DNA of 64,000 bases from an uncultured delta proteobacterium (GCA_963701385.1 CAVOZW010000006.1:75720-139719), one strand, 5' to 3'; numbered from the stretch's first letter, positions 35,074-46,087 are shown. Notes: generated from the sequence alone by a model not told the origin. Made by a program: numbers and translations.

Positions 35074-37095
35074 ATGAAATCAAACACCGACCTTTACCCG
35101 ACCGCCTGTAACCCCCTCCTGATCAAACCGGATCGCGGACTGCCCCGCGCCGCTGCCGTTGTTGGCGCCGGCACCATCGGTCCTGATATTGGATATTACC
35201 TGAAAAGCGCCTTGCCCGACATGACACTGACGCTGGTGGACATTGACGACAAACCCTTAATGGCGGCCGAAAAACGCTTGGCTGCTTATGCGTCAAAGGC
35301 TGTCGAGCGAAGGAAAATGAAGCCGGAACAAGCACAAGCCGTTCTTAAAAATATTCGCTACAGCACGGATTACGACCAGCTGAAGGATTGTGAGTTGGTC
35401 ATCGAAGCGGCAACCGAAAACATTCCCTTGAAGCGAAGAATCTTCGATCAGATCGAATCCATTGTCAGTCAAGACACCATCATTACATCCAACACCAGCT
35501 CTATTCCGGCCGACCGATTATTCTTGAAAATGAAACACCCGCAGCGAACTTCGGTCACCCATTTTTTTGCACCTGCCTGGCGGAGTCTTCCCGTCGAACT
35601 CATATCATGGTCCGGTGCCGATCAGAAAACCATCGATTATTTGTTCTGGTTTCTGGCAAAAACCGGCAAAGCACCTATCGTGACGGACAATGCCATCTGT
35701 TTTGTCCTGGATCGAATTTTCGACAACTGGTGCAATGAATCCGCTTTTCTCTTGAGCCAGGCAACGGCCAGTCAAATTGACAAAGTGGCCGAGGAATTTG
35801 TTTATGCCGGTCCCTTTTTCGTTCTCAACATGGCCAACGGCAATCCGATCATCGTGGAAACCAACACCCTGCAGATGGAAGAAGGTGCCCATTACAAACC
35901 GGCACCGATACTCAACTCCGTCGACCGCTGGGCGACCCATCGCCCCGGTTCGGCCCCCGATATTCCTGAGAGCCTTAGAAATGTCATTCGAGATCGATTG
36001 CTGGGCATTCTGTTTTCCCAGTCATTTGACGTTGTCGACCGGGGGATCGGTACCATCGCAGATCTCAATTTCGGCTGTCAGATAGCCCTGGGATTTAGAG
36101 AGGGGCCTCTCGATATCATGAAACGTCTCGGTAAAAACGAAGTGCATCGTATTATGACCCGCTTTCAACAGGAGCGCCCCGGTTTTCCTGAGGCGGTCGA
36201 GTCATTTGAAACCTATCAATCGTTTTATCGACATATTCTGACGGACGACCGAGACGGGGTGAGAATTATCACCATCCGTCGTCCCCAGGCCATGAATGCG
36301 CTCAATGACGAGGTTACGGACGAAATATACCGGGTCCTGAAATCCAGTGAAAAAGATCCTGCGCTAAAAGGGTTCGTCATTACCGGGTTCGGTAATGTCG
36401 CTTTCTCCGCCGGTGCCGATATCGGCAAGTTTCCCACCATGCTGGGAGATAAGAAGGCATCCGTTCAATATGCCAGGGACTGTGCGAAAGTTCAACGCCA
36501 CATGGATCAAATGAATAAACCCGTGGTTGCGGCTCTCAACGGGCTGGCCATGGGCGGTGGCCTGGAGGTCGCCATTCGGTGCCATGGCATTGTGTCGGTT
36601 GAAAAGGCCGTGCTGCAATTTCCGGAAATCACCCTCGGTATCCTGCCCGGCATTGGCGGCTGTGTGGTGCCTTATCGCAAATGGCCCCAGGGGGCAGCCC
36701 TCTTTCATGAAATGATCCTGTTCGGAAAACCGGTCCCGGCGGCCACTGCCGCTGAAGTGGGGATCATAGACAGTGTTGTCAGCGACCCATCCGATCTGAT
36801 AGGCGCCGCCATCGAAACGGTGCACCGACTTCAAAACAAGCTGTCGAGAATCCGTAACACGGCTGTCGATATTCCCGAGATAATCATTCCCGAGGCACCT
36901 GTTGCCGGAAAGCAGCCCTTGAGCAAAGAAGCCGTTTCCATTACCGCAAATACTGTCCGAAATGCAGCGGCTGCCGACGATCTCGAAGCAGCCCTGGAGA
37001 TAGGCTATCAAGGTTTCGGCGACATCGCTTGCTCTGACGCCGCCAAAGAAGGCATATCTGCATTCCTGCAAAAACGAAAACCGATTTTCAAATAA
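35074..37095 (+). CDS. Fused 3-hydroxyacyl-CoA dehydrogenase (N-terminal) / enoyl-CoA hydratase (C-terminal)
   Basis: 673 aa. AAVVGAGTIGPDIG NAD site, ...TSNTSSI..., then a crotonase half ...FVITGFGNVAFSAGADI...LNGLAMGGGLEVA. Confidence 0.85.
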   Translation: MKSNTDLYPTACNPLLIKPDRGLPRAAAVVGAGTIGPDIGYYLKSALPDMTLTLVDIDDKPLMAAEKRLAAYASKAVERRKMKPEQAQAVLKNIRYSTDYDQLKDCELVIEAATENIPLKRRIFDQIESIVSQDTIITSNTSSIPADRLFLKMKHPQRTSVTHFFAPAWRSLPVELISWSGADQKTIDYLFWFLAKTGKAPIVTDNAICFVLDRIFDNWCNESAFLLSQATASQIDKVAEEFVYAGPFFVLNMANGNPIIVETNTLQMEEGAHYKPAPILNSVDRWATHRPGSAPDIPESLRNVIRDRLLGILFSQSFDVVDRGIGTIADLNFGCQIALGFREGPLDIMKRLGKNEVHRIMTRFQQERPGFPEAVESFETYQSFYRHILTDDRDGVRIITIRRPQAMNALNDEVTDEIYRVLKSSEKDPALKGFVITGFGNVAFSAGADIGKFPTMLGDKKASVQYARDCAKVQRHMDQMNKPVVAALNGLAMGGGLEVAIRCHGIVSVEKAVLQFPEITLGILPGIGGCVVPYRKWPQGAALFHEMILFGKPVPAATAAEVGIIDSVVSDPSDLIGAAIETVHRLQNKLSRIRNTAVDIPEIIIPEAPVAGKQPLSKEAVSITANTVRNAAAADDLEAALEIGYQGFGDIACSDAAKEGISAFLQKRKPIFK

Positions 37096-37209
37096 ATTTG
37101 CTGCACGAATTTTTTTGAAGGGTTCGTGGATTTGAAACATAGGGAATAACAGGTCATCGGAAACCTAACACATATACCCTTGGACCCTTTCTCCCAATCA
37201 GGAGGTATA

Positions 37210-39066
37210 ATGAAAGAAGACTTTTTGCTCGGTAACGGCGCCATCGCCCTGGGCCTTCTGGAAGCTGGATGCCAGGTGCTCACGTCTTATCCGGGAACGC
37301 CCAGCTCAGAGATACTGCCCGAAGCGGTTCGACTGATCAAATCGGAAAAACTCAATACCTACGTGGAGTGGTCAACCAATGAAAAGGTGGCCCTCGACAA
37401 TGCTTACGCTGCCGCCATTGCCGGCAAACGATCTGCATGCTGCATGAAACAGGTCGGCTTGAATGTTGCAGCCGATTCACTGATGAGCGCCGCTTACCTT
37501 GGGACCGTTGGCGGACTGGTCATTATCTCCTGTGATGACCCCGGGCCCCATTCCTCCCAGACGGAACAGGATACGCGTCTGATGGCCAGATTGGCGAAGG
37601 TTCCGGTACTGGACCCGTCTACTCCCCAGGAAGCCCGGGAGATGGTCAAAACAGCCTTCGACCTTTCCGAGAAATACAGGATACCGGTCATCCTGAGACC
37701 CGCTATCCGGGTATGTCATGCCAGACAAAACCTTTCCTGGGGCAATCTTAAAGCCAACCAACGCCCTGCTGCATTTAAGAAGGATCCCCGCCGCTGGGCA
37801 GCCACACCAAAGTTTCGATACCTGCTTCACAAGGAACTCAACCAAAAGTTGAAAAAAATTGCAGAGGCTTTCAACCACCTGCAGCCCTACAACTCGCATA
37901 ACCTGAAATCGGGCCAGCATGCCCCGCTGGGCGTTATTGCAGGCGGTGTTCCAAGTTCCGTCGTTGAAGATATTCTGAGCGAGCATGGGCGCAACGATAT
38001 CCCAATGCTGAAAATCGGGGCACCCTATCCCTTTCCCGACAGCCTTGCCATGGCCTTTTTGCAGGCCTGCGACAGGGTTCTGGTGATCGAGGAAACCGAC
38101 ACCTTGATCGAGTATAGCCTGCGCAATCGTGAACAGGTTTTGGGTCGCTTTTCCGGTCATGTTCCGCTGGAAGGTGAACTCGTACCGCAGATAATCGAAG
38201 GGATTCTAGAAAAGGCCCTGGCAGAGCTCGCGCTGGCATCGCTAAACATCGACCCCCAGGACAGTGCCCAGGCACTTGTAAAGAGCCTGGACCTGCCGAT
38301 ACGGAAACCGACCCTCTGCCCCGGGTGTATGCACCGGGCCGTTTTCTATAGCATCCGCAAATCTCGACCCAAGGCCATTTTTACTTCCGATATCGGATGT
38401 TATACATTGGGCCTCAATCTGGGGAGCGTCGATACGGTTCTCGACATGGGCGCCTCCATCACGATGGCTTCGGGGTTTTACCATGCCTATGCCCAGGATG
38501 GTACGCAACAACCCATCGTGGCTACCATCGGTGACTCAACCTTCTATCATTCAGGACCGGCAGGCTTGTTGAATGCCGTCTACAACGACGCCAGGTTTGT
38601 CCTGGTCATTCTGGACAACATGACGACCGCCATGACAGGCATGCAGCCGACCCCATCACTCGGGATACGGGCCGACGGCAGCATGGGCAAACAAATATCA
38701 CTGGAGCGAATCATATCAGGGTGCGGTATCGACTACCTTGAGGTACTCGATCCATACGAGATAAAAAATCTGCGCAAAACACTCAAAAAAGCCTTTGCCT
38801 ATACCAAGGATCCGGACGGTGGCATCGCGGTTATCATTGCCCGTCACCCGTGTGTCATTGCATACAGAGATCTCGCGATCAAGATCAGGAAAGACATCAC
38901 CATCACCGATGATTGCATCGCCTGCAACCATTGCATAGATCGTTTCGAGTGCCCGGCCCTTTACCATGACGCCGACAACGATAAGACGGCCATCAACCCG
39001 GCGCTGTGTATCGGCTGTGCTGTCTGCGTGGATGTCTGCCCCAAGGGGGCCATTGTAGCAGAATAA
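37210..39066 (+). CDS. iorA: Indolepyruvate:ferredoxin oxidoreductase alpha subunit
   Basis: From ATG 37210 (GGAGG RBS): MKEDFLLGNGAIALGLLEAGCQVLTSYPGTPSSEI, TPP motif GDSTFYHSG...LDN, and C-terminal ferredoxin motifs CIACNHCIDRFECP and CIGCAVCVDVCP. Confidence 0.9.
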   Translation: MKEDFLLGNGAIALGLLEAGCQVLTSYPGTPSSEILPEAVRLIKSEKLNTYVEWSTNEKVALDNAYAAAIAGKRSACCMKQVGLNVAADSLMSAAYLGTVGGLVIISCDDPGPHSSQTEQDTRLMARLAKVPVLDPSTPQEAREMVKTAFDLSEKYRIPVILRPAIRVCHARQNLSWGNLKANQRPAAFKKDPRRWAATPKFRYLLHKELNQKLKKIAEAFNHLQPYNSHNLKSGQHAPLGVIAGGVPSSVVEDILSEHGRNDIPMLKIGAPYPFPDSLAMAFLQACDRVLVIEETDTLIEYSLRNREQVLGRFSGHVPLEGELVPQIIEGILEKALAELALASLNIDPQDSAQALVKSLDLPIRKPTLCPGCMHRAVFYSIRKSRPKAIFTSDIGCYTLGLNLGSVDTVLDMGASITMASGFYHAYAQDGTQQPIVATIGDSTFYHSGPAGLLNAVYNDARFVLVILDNMTTAMTGMQPTPSLGIRADGSMGKQISLERIISGCGIDYLEVLDPYEIKNLRKTLKKAFAYTKDPDGGIAVIIARHPCVIAYRDLAIKIRKDITITDDCIACNHCIDRFECPALYHDADNDKTAINPALCIGCAVCVDVCPKGAIVAE

Positions 39067-39276
39067 GGTTTAGAAAGTGGAAAAAGAGAGGCTTGATAAA
39101 TTAAGAGTGGAGATAGGGGATAATGTTCCCTAAACGTCTAGAATTATTTTGATGAAATCAACACCAAAGCGGTTGTCACAATCTCATATAAATCTAGGCT
39201 GTTAGACAAAAACGTATTTGCTTGTTTAAACGAACCTCAATCGGAACCTATGACAACCGCTATCGTCGGAGGGGAA

Positions 39277-39846
39277 ATGTCTACGATCAACTTCGTTCTC
39301 AGCGGCCTGGGTGGCCAGGGCATCCTGTTTATGACCAAAATAATTGCCCAAACGGCATTGCGTAAGGGTTTCAGTGTCATGGGGGCGGAAACACATGGTA
39401 TGGCACAGCGGGGTGGATCAGTCATTTCCCACCTCAGGCTGGGCAAGGTCAACAGCAGTCTCATCAAACCCGGATCAGCGCAGTTTCTGCTGGCCCTCGA
39501 AGAAAATGAGGCCTACCGAAACCTGCCCTTTCTGGCAAGAAACGGTCACCTCTACAGCGACACGCTAGAAGACGATTTTCCAAGACACAGCGTCAAGACC
39601 TATCTCGATACAATGGCCATGCACTATCATGCGCTGCCGGCCGGGAAAATTGCCCTCGATCTGGGTGCCCCTGTTTCCTCAAATCTGGCCATGATTGGTT
39701 TTTTTGCTGCATTTCACGATGATCCCTTTACCGCGCATGATTTTCGAGAGACCATCGAGAGCATCAGTCCGGAATCGTACAAGGACATCAATTTGAAGGT
39801 TTTTGAAAAAGGCCTTTCTTTCGGAACCGACGCCCGGGCCTTGTAA
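39277..39846 (+). CDS. iorB: Indolepyruvate:ferredoxin oxidoreductase beta subunit
   Basis: MSTINFVLSGLGGQGILFMTKIIAQ...GAETHGMAQRGGSV. ATG 39277 follows GGAGG. An alternative start at ATG 39250 has no RBS. Confidence 0.85.
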   Translation: MSTINFVLSGLGGQGILFMTKIIAQTALRKGFSVMGAETHGMAQRGGSVISHLRLGKVNSSLIKPGSAQFLLALEENEAYRNLPFLARNGHLYSDTLEDDFPRHSVKTYLDTMAMHYHALPAGKIALDLGAPVSSNLAMIGFFAAFHDDPFTAHDFRETIESISPESYKDINLKVFEKGLSFGTDARAL

Positions 39847-39861
39847 CGATTGGAGGAATAT

Positions 39862-41406
39862 TTATTGTTCCAGCTGTCTGCGCAACTCATTTTTTCTCAC
39901 CTTCCCAAGCGCCGTCCGGGGTAGCTCTTTTACGAATGACATCTGTTTTGGGATTTTGAAGCGCGCCAATCGTTCATGGCAGAACTGCTGTACATGCGTC
40001 AATTCAACGCGACACCCCTTCTGGGGTAAGATAAAGGCATGACCGGTCGCCCCCCAGGTCTCATCCGGCACACCGACAACGGCGATGTCATCGATGCCTT
40101 CCATTTCCCGTAATACCGTCTCCACCTCGGCGGGATAGACGTTTTCACCCCCGGAAATGTACATGTCGTCGACCCTGTCCACCAGATAGTAATAGCCGTC
40201 CTGATCCACATATGCCAGGTCACCGGTGTGTAAAAATCCATTCTTGATGGTTGCATCGGTCTGTTCAGGATCCTGCCAGTATTCTTTCATCATAATGGAT
40301 CCTCGTACCACGATTTCACCGATTTCCCCTGGTCTTACACGACGACCGTTTCTATCCAGGATACTGACCTCCGCATGGAAGACGGGTCTTCCGACGGTTC
40401 CAGGTCTCGTCAAGGAAACCTCTTCCGAAGCCCACAAAAGGATCGATGTTTCCGTTTGTCCCATGATTTGGCGAAAGCCGAACCCGGCTTCCTTGCAGGC
40501 CTGAAATAGCGCCTTGGATGTTTTTTCGCCGCCGCCGGCGACCGTTTTTAAGGACGACACATCGCCGCGCTGTTTGGGCGGGACATTGAGAAGTGATCGA
40601 AAGACCGTGGGGACACCTAAAAATTTGCTCACCCGGTATTTTTCAATGTCGCGATAGACGGATATGGGGTCAAATTTTGAGTGAAGCAGGATGGTCGCAC
40701 CTTTATAAAGACTCGGGGCCGCTTGGATGAAGAGACCGCCGGAGTGAAATAGAGGCAGCACAATCAACATGATATCATCAAAATTGAGCTTGAAAAATAT
40801 TTCTGCATTCAGACAGTTAAAAAAGGTTTTGCGGTGGGATAGGACGGCACCTTTGGGAGCTCCTGTTGTTCCAGATGTGTACATGATCACTTGCGGCTCT
40901 TCAGGGTCCGAAGGTCCCAGAGACCTCGAAACAAAAGGCCGCTGGCCTTCGAAATCGGCGGTCTCACGATTGTAGCAGCGCTGCTTACCCGGTGGCGACA
41001 CATCTCCGACCACAGCCAGAAGCATGGGCGGAAGCTGGTTCGCCAATCCAAGAGAATCAATCATATTCAAAAACGATTGATCAAAGATAAACAGCCTGGG
41101 CCTGGCATTGGCGATAGGATGGTTCAGCTCTCTGCCAGTGATACGGTAGTTGATGGGAACAAAAATAGCCCCAAGCCTGGAGCAAGCCAGAAACACCTCG
41201 ATGAACTCCAGGGAGTTCATAAGCATCACGGCGACCCGGTCGCCCTTTTCTATCCCCAGGGACTGCAGCCAGGCAGCGGTTCGGTTGGCACGGTGATGCA
41301 GTTCGCGGTAACTAATGACACGGTCGTTAAAAATGACAGCCGGTTTTTCTGGGTTCAGTTCCCGCCATCGCTGAACCCAGAATGCAATGTTCATGGATTT
41401 GATCAT
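39862..41406 (-). CDS. AMP-forming acyl-CoA synthetase/ligase
   Basis: 514 aa. YTSGTTGAPKGAVLSH (AMP-binding box), ...GYYYLVDRVDDMYISGGENVYPAEVE... Confidence 0.85.
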   Translation of the reverse strand: MIKSMNIAFWVQRWRELNPEKPAVIFNDRVISYRELHHRANRTAAWLQSLGIEKGDRVAVMLMNSLEFIEVFLACSRLGAIFVPINYRITGRELNHPIANARPRLFIFDQSFLNMIDSLGLANQLPPMLLAVVGDVSPPGKQRCYNRETADFEGQRPFVSRSLGPSDPEEPQVIMYTSGTTGAPKGAVLSHRKTFFNCLNAEIFFKLNFDDIMLIVLPLFHSGGLFIQAAPSLYKGATILLHSKFDPISVYRDIEKYRVSKFLGVPTVFRSLLNVPPKQRGDVSSLKTVAGGGEKTSKALFQACKEAGFGFRQIMGQTETSILLWASEEVSLTRPGTVGRPVFHAEVSILDRNGRRVRPGEIGEIVVRGSIMMKEYWQDPEQTDATIKNGFLHTGDLAYVDQDGYYYLVDRVDDMYISGGENVYPAEVETVLREMEGIDDIAVVGVPDETWGATGHAFILPQKGCRVELTHVQQFCHERLARFKIPKQMSFVKELPRTALGKVRKNELRRQLEQ

Positions 41407-41426
41407 ATGCGTACGATGGTGTTGGG

Positions 41427-41858
41427 TTATCGTTCCGGGCTTTTTTCAAACTCCTTCCACTTGTAATCGATCAGCTCGAGCAACACCCCGTTCATCTTAG
41501 TTGGGTGAATAAAGGCGAATTCACAATCGCGGAACGGTCGGGCGCCACCGATAAATGGATAGGATTGGGACTCAAGCTCTTTGATGGCCTCGCGGGTATT
41601 GTCGACGTTCAGGCTGAGGAGCATGATGCCTTCGCCTCTTTTTTCAATGAACTTTGCGACTTCACCGTCAGGGGCCGTTGACGCCATCAGTTCGAATCCG
41701 ACGTCACCGACCCAGTAACGGGCAACCTTTATCTTCTCGAGTTCATCCACATATTCGTCATCCGGTTTCTCTTTGCCCAGAATCGGCTCCCAAATCTTTC
41801 TAGCGTCCGCCAAATTCCTGACAGCGATACAAATGTGATCGATCTTATTTGTTTTCAT
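41427..41858 (-). CDS. VOC/glyoxalase-fold protein, methylmalonyl-CoA epimerase-like
   Basis: 143 aa. IDHICIAVRNLADARKIW...GFELMAST...KFIEKRGEGIMLLSLNV...AFIHPTKMNGVLLELID. GGAGGAAGAAAATG RBS. Confidence 0.7.
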   Translation of the reverse strand: MKTNKIDHICIAVRNLADARKIWEPILGKEKPDDEYVDELEKIKVARYWVGDVGFELMASTAPDGEVAKFIEKRGEGIMLLSLNVDNTREAIKELESQSYPFIGGARPFRDCEFAFIHPTKMNGVLLELIDYKWKEFEKSPER

Positions 41859-41933
41859 TTTCTTCCTCCGGCTTTGCAGTGAACAAGCCCTGGCTAAAAT
41901 TGAACTCTCTTAAAAAAGGCGCCCGTAAAGTTT

Positions 41934-41975
41934 GAACCAAAACAGCGCGCGCATTCCCCGCAGCTTGCTGCGAGA
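41934..41975 (+). repeat. REP-like unit: GAACCAAAACAGCGCGCGCATTCC plus hairpin CCGCAGCTTGCTGCGAG
   Basis: Same composite as 6061..6101 and the reverse complement of the spacer hairpins in the 18.9-20.0 kb array. Confidence 0.7.
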
Positions 41976-42340
41976 AATCTTCAACCGTCGCATACTCTAT
42001 GCTACCCTTGAACGGCAAGTCAAGTGATAAGCATTATCGAATGCAGGCGAATCGATTGCGATGCGCTGCTTGTTTCACGACAGGCTTTTCTTGCGCCTTG
42101 ACGCCGGTGCATATTTCTGCAATATAGTGATACCTTTCCTTAACAGGTGTTTCATTGTTTCCCATTCCAGAAATAAATTCGATGCGCGAATTTATTCATC
42201 GCGACTTCGTTGCTCATATAATCGAAGCGTTTTTTGCAACATATCTAGCGCAGCGCCCGGAAGTTTTGCCAACAATTCCTCAAGACAAAAACATCCCGTG
42301 GCCCTGCTTTCTAACCCTTTGATATAGGAGGAAAGCCACT

Positions 42341-44044
42341 ATGTATGCCGACAGATTTTGGAAAAAGAATTGGGACGATGGCGTTGATGACTTAGATCCG
42401 AAGCTGTTTGAAACAACCTTTGTCAGCATGATTGAAAAGGCGTTCCAAGACGTTCCGGATAAAACCGCCATGGGGTTTCTGGGTGTCGATGTAACGTTCG
42501 GCGAATTAAATGATTATGCCAATCAGTTTGCCAACATGCTCAAGGAGAACGGTTTCGAGAAAGGGGATGTGGTGGGAATCAATTTGCCAAATATTCCCCA
42601 GTACGTCATCAGCGTTATCGGAACCTTACGGGCGGGATGTATTGTATCGGGCGTTTCGCCGCTTCTCTCGGCAGAACAGATCAAATATCAGCTTAACGAT
42701 TTGGGTAGTAGCGGAAAAAAAGTGGCCCTGGTCACCCTCGATGCAATTTTCGCCGGTCATCTCGTAAAAATTGCCGCTGGCATACCCCAGTTGAAGTTGG
42801 TGATTGCAACGAGTGTTGCCAGTTTCTTGCCCAAAATCAAACAATTTCTTGGGAAGCTATTAAAAAAAATTCCCAGCGGAAAAATAACGCCCCTGCCAGG
42901 TATCACCGTTTTAGATTACCACAAAGATGTCCTTGCCCGATATGGGACCGAACCTACAGCTGTCGATTTATCACCGGATGACCTTGGCTGGATCCAATAT
43001 ACAGGCGGCACAACCGGTGATCCCAAGGGTGCCATGCTGACCCACAGAAACGGGTGCCACAACATCATGAGTATTGCCGTTTGGCTTGGCTGGGCTCGCA
43101 ATGAAGGTGTTCTGCTGTCGGGTTTCCCTTTTTTCCATATTGCCGGGCTGACGGTATGTGAGAGCGCCATCTACATGGGTTGGACACAGGTCCTGATCCC
43201 CAATCCGCGCGACACCGATCACATTTGCAATGAAATGCTAAAGTATCACCCGACCAACATGGCCAACGTTCCGTCCCTGTATCAGATGCTGATCGAAAAC
43301 CCAAAATTCAAGACCATGGACCATACAAAACTCGGAACCTGCATTTCCGCTGCGGCACCTTTTCCGAAGGAATCTCAGGTGGTTCTGGAAAATATTATCG
43401 GAAAAGGAAAACTGCTGGAACTTTACGGCATGACGGAGACATCACCCGTGTCGACCATGAACCCATCCCTGGGAAAAAAGAAACTCGGAACTGTCGGTCT
43501 GCCCTTTTTGAATACCCAAATCAAACTGGTGGATCCGGCTACAGGGGAAGACGTTCCCTTAGGCGAGCCAGGTGAGTTGTGTGTCAAAGGCCCGCTTGTC
43601 ATGAAAGGATATTTCAACAAACCCGAAGCCACCGCCCAGGCCATCGATGGTGATGGCTACATGCACACCGGCGACGTGGGTATTATGGACGAAGAAGGCT
43701 ACATCAAGATTGTTGACCGGACAAAAGATATGATTATAGTAGGCGGGTTCAAAGTTTTCTCCAGCAAGGTGGAAGACATACTGTCCCAGCACCCGGCTGT
43801 GTCTGTACTGGCGCTGATCGGTGTGCCCAATCCGGATCGTCCGGGCTCGGAAATCGTGAAGGCCTTTATACAATTGACACCTGAAGCCTTAAAGGAAAGC
43901 GATGCGGAGACCCTGAAGCAAGACATCATGGCTTTTGCCAAGGAAAAGTGCGCTCCCTATGAGATTCCCAAACTCATTGAATTTATGGATGAAATACCCC
44001 TGACGGCGGTTGGAAAAATAGACAAGAAGGTGCTTCGACGCTAA
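42341..44044 (+). CDS. AMP-forming (long/medium-chain type) acyl-CoA synthetase
   Basis: 567 aa. YTGGTTGDPKGAMLTHRN, ...GDVGIMDEEGYIKIVDRTKDMIIVGGFKV. TAGGAGGAAAGCCACTATG RBS. Confidence 0.85.
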   Translation: MYADRFWKKNWDDGVDDLDPKLFETTFVSMIEKAFQDVPDKTAMGFLGVDVTFGELNDYANQFANMLKENGFEKGDVVGINLPNIPQYVISVIGTLRAGCIVSGVSPLLSAEQIKYQLNDLGSSGKKVALVTLDAIFAGHLVKIAAGIPQLKLVIATSVASFLPKIKQFLGKLLKKIPSGKITPLPGITVLDYHKDVLARYGTEPTAVDLSPDDLGWIQYTGGTTGDPKGAMLTHRNGCHNIMSIAVWLGWARNEGVLLSGFPFFHIAGLTVCESAIYMGWTQVLIPNPRDTDHICNEMLKYHPTNMANVPSLYQMLIENPKFKTMDHTKLGTCISAAAPFPKESQVVLENIIGKGKLLELYGMTETSPVSTMNPSLGKKKLGTVGLPFLNTQIKLVDPATGEDVPLGEPGELCVKGPLVMKGYFNKPEATAQAIDGDGYMHTGDVGIMDEEGYIKIVDRTKDMIIVGGFKVFSSKVEDILSQHPAVSVLALIGVPNPDRPGSEIVKAFIQLTPEALKESDAETLKQDIMAFAKEKCAPYEIPKLIEFMDEIPLTAVGKIDKKVLRR

Positions 44045-44130
44045 ATATGTAGGATCAATGGGATCATTATGATAAAACCTCCAACTGATTTTTAACTTTT
44101 CGATATTCGTGCTTCGGATTACAATCTGTT

Positions 44131-45555
44131 ATGATCAACAGAACCAAAATTATCGCCACCCTGGGGCCGGCGTCCAATTCCCGGGCAGTGCTCAAAGATA
44201 TGATTGACGCCGGGATGAATGTTGCCCGGCTCAATTTTTCCCACGGTGCGTATGAAACCCATGCGGAGTCCATCAAGCTGATTCGTTCGCTTTCACGTAC
44301 CATGAACCGCCATATCGGTATTCTACTCGATCTCCAGGGACCCAAGATCAGAACCGGAAAATTGAAGGACGGTGGACCGGTTTACCTGGAAACCGGTCAA
44401 ACGGTCCGCATAACGACCCAGGGCCTTCTCGGTACGGCCGAATTGATATCAGCCACCTACAAAGATCTCGCCAACGACGTCAAGAAGGGGGCCACCATTC
44501 TTCTTGACGACGGTCTGCTCGAGTTGACCGTCATGTATAAACGAAAAGATATTATCACCTGCAAGATCATCAACGGTGGCTGGCTGAAAGAAAACAAAGG
44601 CATCAATCTGCCCGGGGTGTCGGTGAGTGCGCCCTCGCTGACGGAAAAAGACATCAAGGACCTGAATTTCGGTATCAAGATGGGCGTCGACTACTTCGCC
44701 CTATCCTTTGTCCGAAGTGCCGATGACGTGTTAGAGATCAAAAGGCAACTGCGAAAACAGGGGCAGGACACGCCGGTTATCGCAAAAATTGAAAAACAGG
44801 AAGCTGTGGACAACCTGAACGCCATTCTGAAGGTAGCCGATGGCATCATGGTTGCCAGGGGTGATCTCGGCGTTGAGATGAAACCCGAGAAAGTACCGAC
44901 GATTCAGAAAACAATTATCAAAGCCGCCATCCTGGCCAACAAACCGGTCATTACGGCGACACAGATGCTTGAAACCATGTCTGTCAACCCGATCCCCACC
45001 AGAGCTGAAGCATCCGATGTAGCCAATGCGATATATGACGGCACGGATGCGGTCATGCTTTCAGGTGAAACCGCCACCGGAAAGTATCCGGTGGAAACGG
45101 TGGGCATGATGGCAAGAATTGCATCCAGAACCGAGCATTCTGCCTTCATGAAATACAATCTCAAGCATCGCTGTATTCCGGATGACCCGGTAGCGCATGC
45201 GGTTTCCCGGTCTGCGGTGAAAATTCTTCACGAACTTCGCGCCAAAGGCATCCTGGTCTTTTCCGTGTCAGGCAATACGGTCAGGCTGATTTCCAAAAAC
45301 CGTCCTTTCGAACCCGTTTTTGCCTTTTCACCCAGTATGGCTACCTGCAATCAACTGACCCTTGTCTGGGGCGTCAGGCCACTATACCTGCCCAACATCA
45401 AAGTTGCCAAACACCTTATCGAAGCCAGCGTGCGCATACTGATCCAAAAGGAATTGGCCAAAACCAATGACCTTATCGTGATCGTGATTGGGCTTGGGTT
45501 TAAAAAGGGTTCCACCAATGTGATCAAGATACATCGAATCGGTCAGGACGACTAG
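44131..45555 (+). CDS. pyk: Pyruvate kinase
   Basis: 474 aa. NRTKIIATLGPAS..., ...MVARGDLGVEM..., ...ATQMLETM... Confidence 0.9.
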   Translation: MINRTKIIATLGPASNSRAVLKDMIDAGMNVARLNFSHGAYETHAESIKLIRSLSRTMNRHIGILLDLQGPKIRTGKLKDGGPVYLETGQTVRITTQGLLGTAELISATYKDLANDVKKGATILLDDGLLELTVMYKRKDIITCKIINGGWLKENKGINLPGVSVSAPSLTEKDIKDLNFGIKMGVDYFALSFVRSADDVLEIKRQLRKQGQDTPVIAKIEKQEAVDNLNAILKVADGIMVARGDLGVEMKPEKVPTIQKTIIKAAILANKPVITATQMLETMSVNPIPTRAEASDVANAIYDGTDAVMLSGETATGKYPVETVGMMARIASRTEHSAFMKYNLKHRCIPDDPVAHAVSRSAVKILHELRAKGILVFSVSGNTVRLISKNRPFEPVFAFSPSMATCNQLTLVWGVRPLYLPNIKVAKHLIEASVRILIQKELAKTNDLIVIVIGLGFKKGSTNVIKIHRIGQDD

Positions 45556-45567
45556 GAGCCATTTTAA

Positions 45568-46087
45568 ATGAAGGAACCCATCAATTGCTTTTATCTTGGC
45601 AAAACACGAACGACGAAATTTCGATTTTTCTAGTGCTTTGGATACTGGGCAGTGTCCTGCTGTCCGGGACGCTTGTCTCGGGCAACGGAAATGACGGGCA
45701 ACTGGCTGGCGATAGATGCGGCAGGCGACAGCGTCTTTTTCTCCTTCGGGGCCGAGGATCGACTTTTTGATCGAGGATGACAGCTTCCTGGATCCAGGGC
45801 ACGTACATCATTCGGACCGGCACCTTCCCCGGGCAAGTGGACCTATATATCGAAGAGGGGTCCCATGCCGAAGATGTCGGCAAGACAGCTCCGCTATCAG
45901 TTACGATATTCACGGACAATTTACTGAGTTCTCTCCGGAAACGGCCAGGGTGCAACCGACCTCCCGGCAACCCTCGGCGGGGAAAATGCCGCCGGCGGCT
46001 ATGTCTACATCGGCATCAACCTCGGTTCGTCTGACGAGGATGACGATGACGACAACAATTTCAGTATCTATGCAAGCTGCTTCGTAA
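45568..46087 (+). other. Possible decayed or mis-assembled small secreted-protein gene; the protein-like reading hops frames several times
   Basis: ATG 45568 follows AGGAG. A signal-peptide-like stretch (ISIFLVLWILGSVLLSGTLVSG) is followed by protein-like segments: NWLAIDAAGDSVFFSFGAEDRLF, LIEDDSFLDPG, SWIQGTYIIRTGTFPGQVDLYIEEGSHAEDVGKTAPLSVTIF and [47 protein letters not shown]. From the signal-peptide frame onward these fall in frames 0,1,2,0,1. No recognisable domain. Confidence 0.2.
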
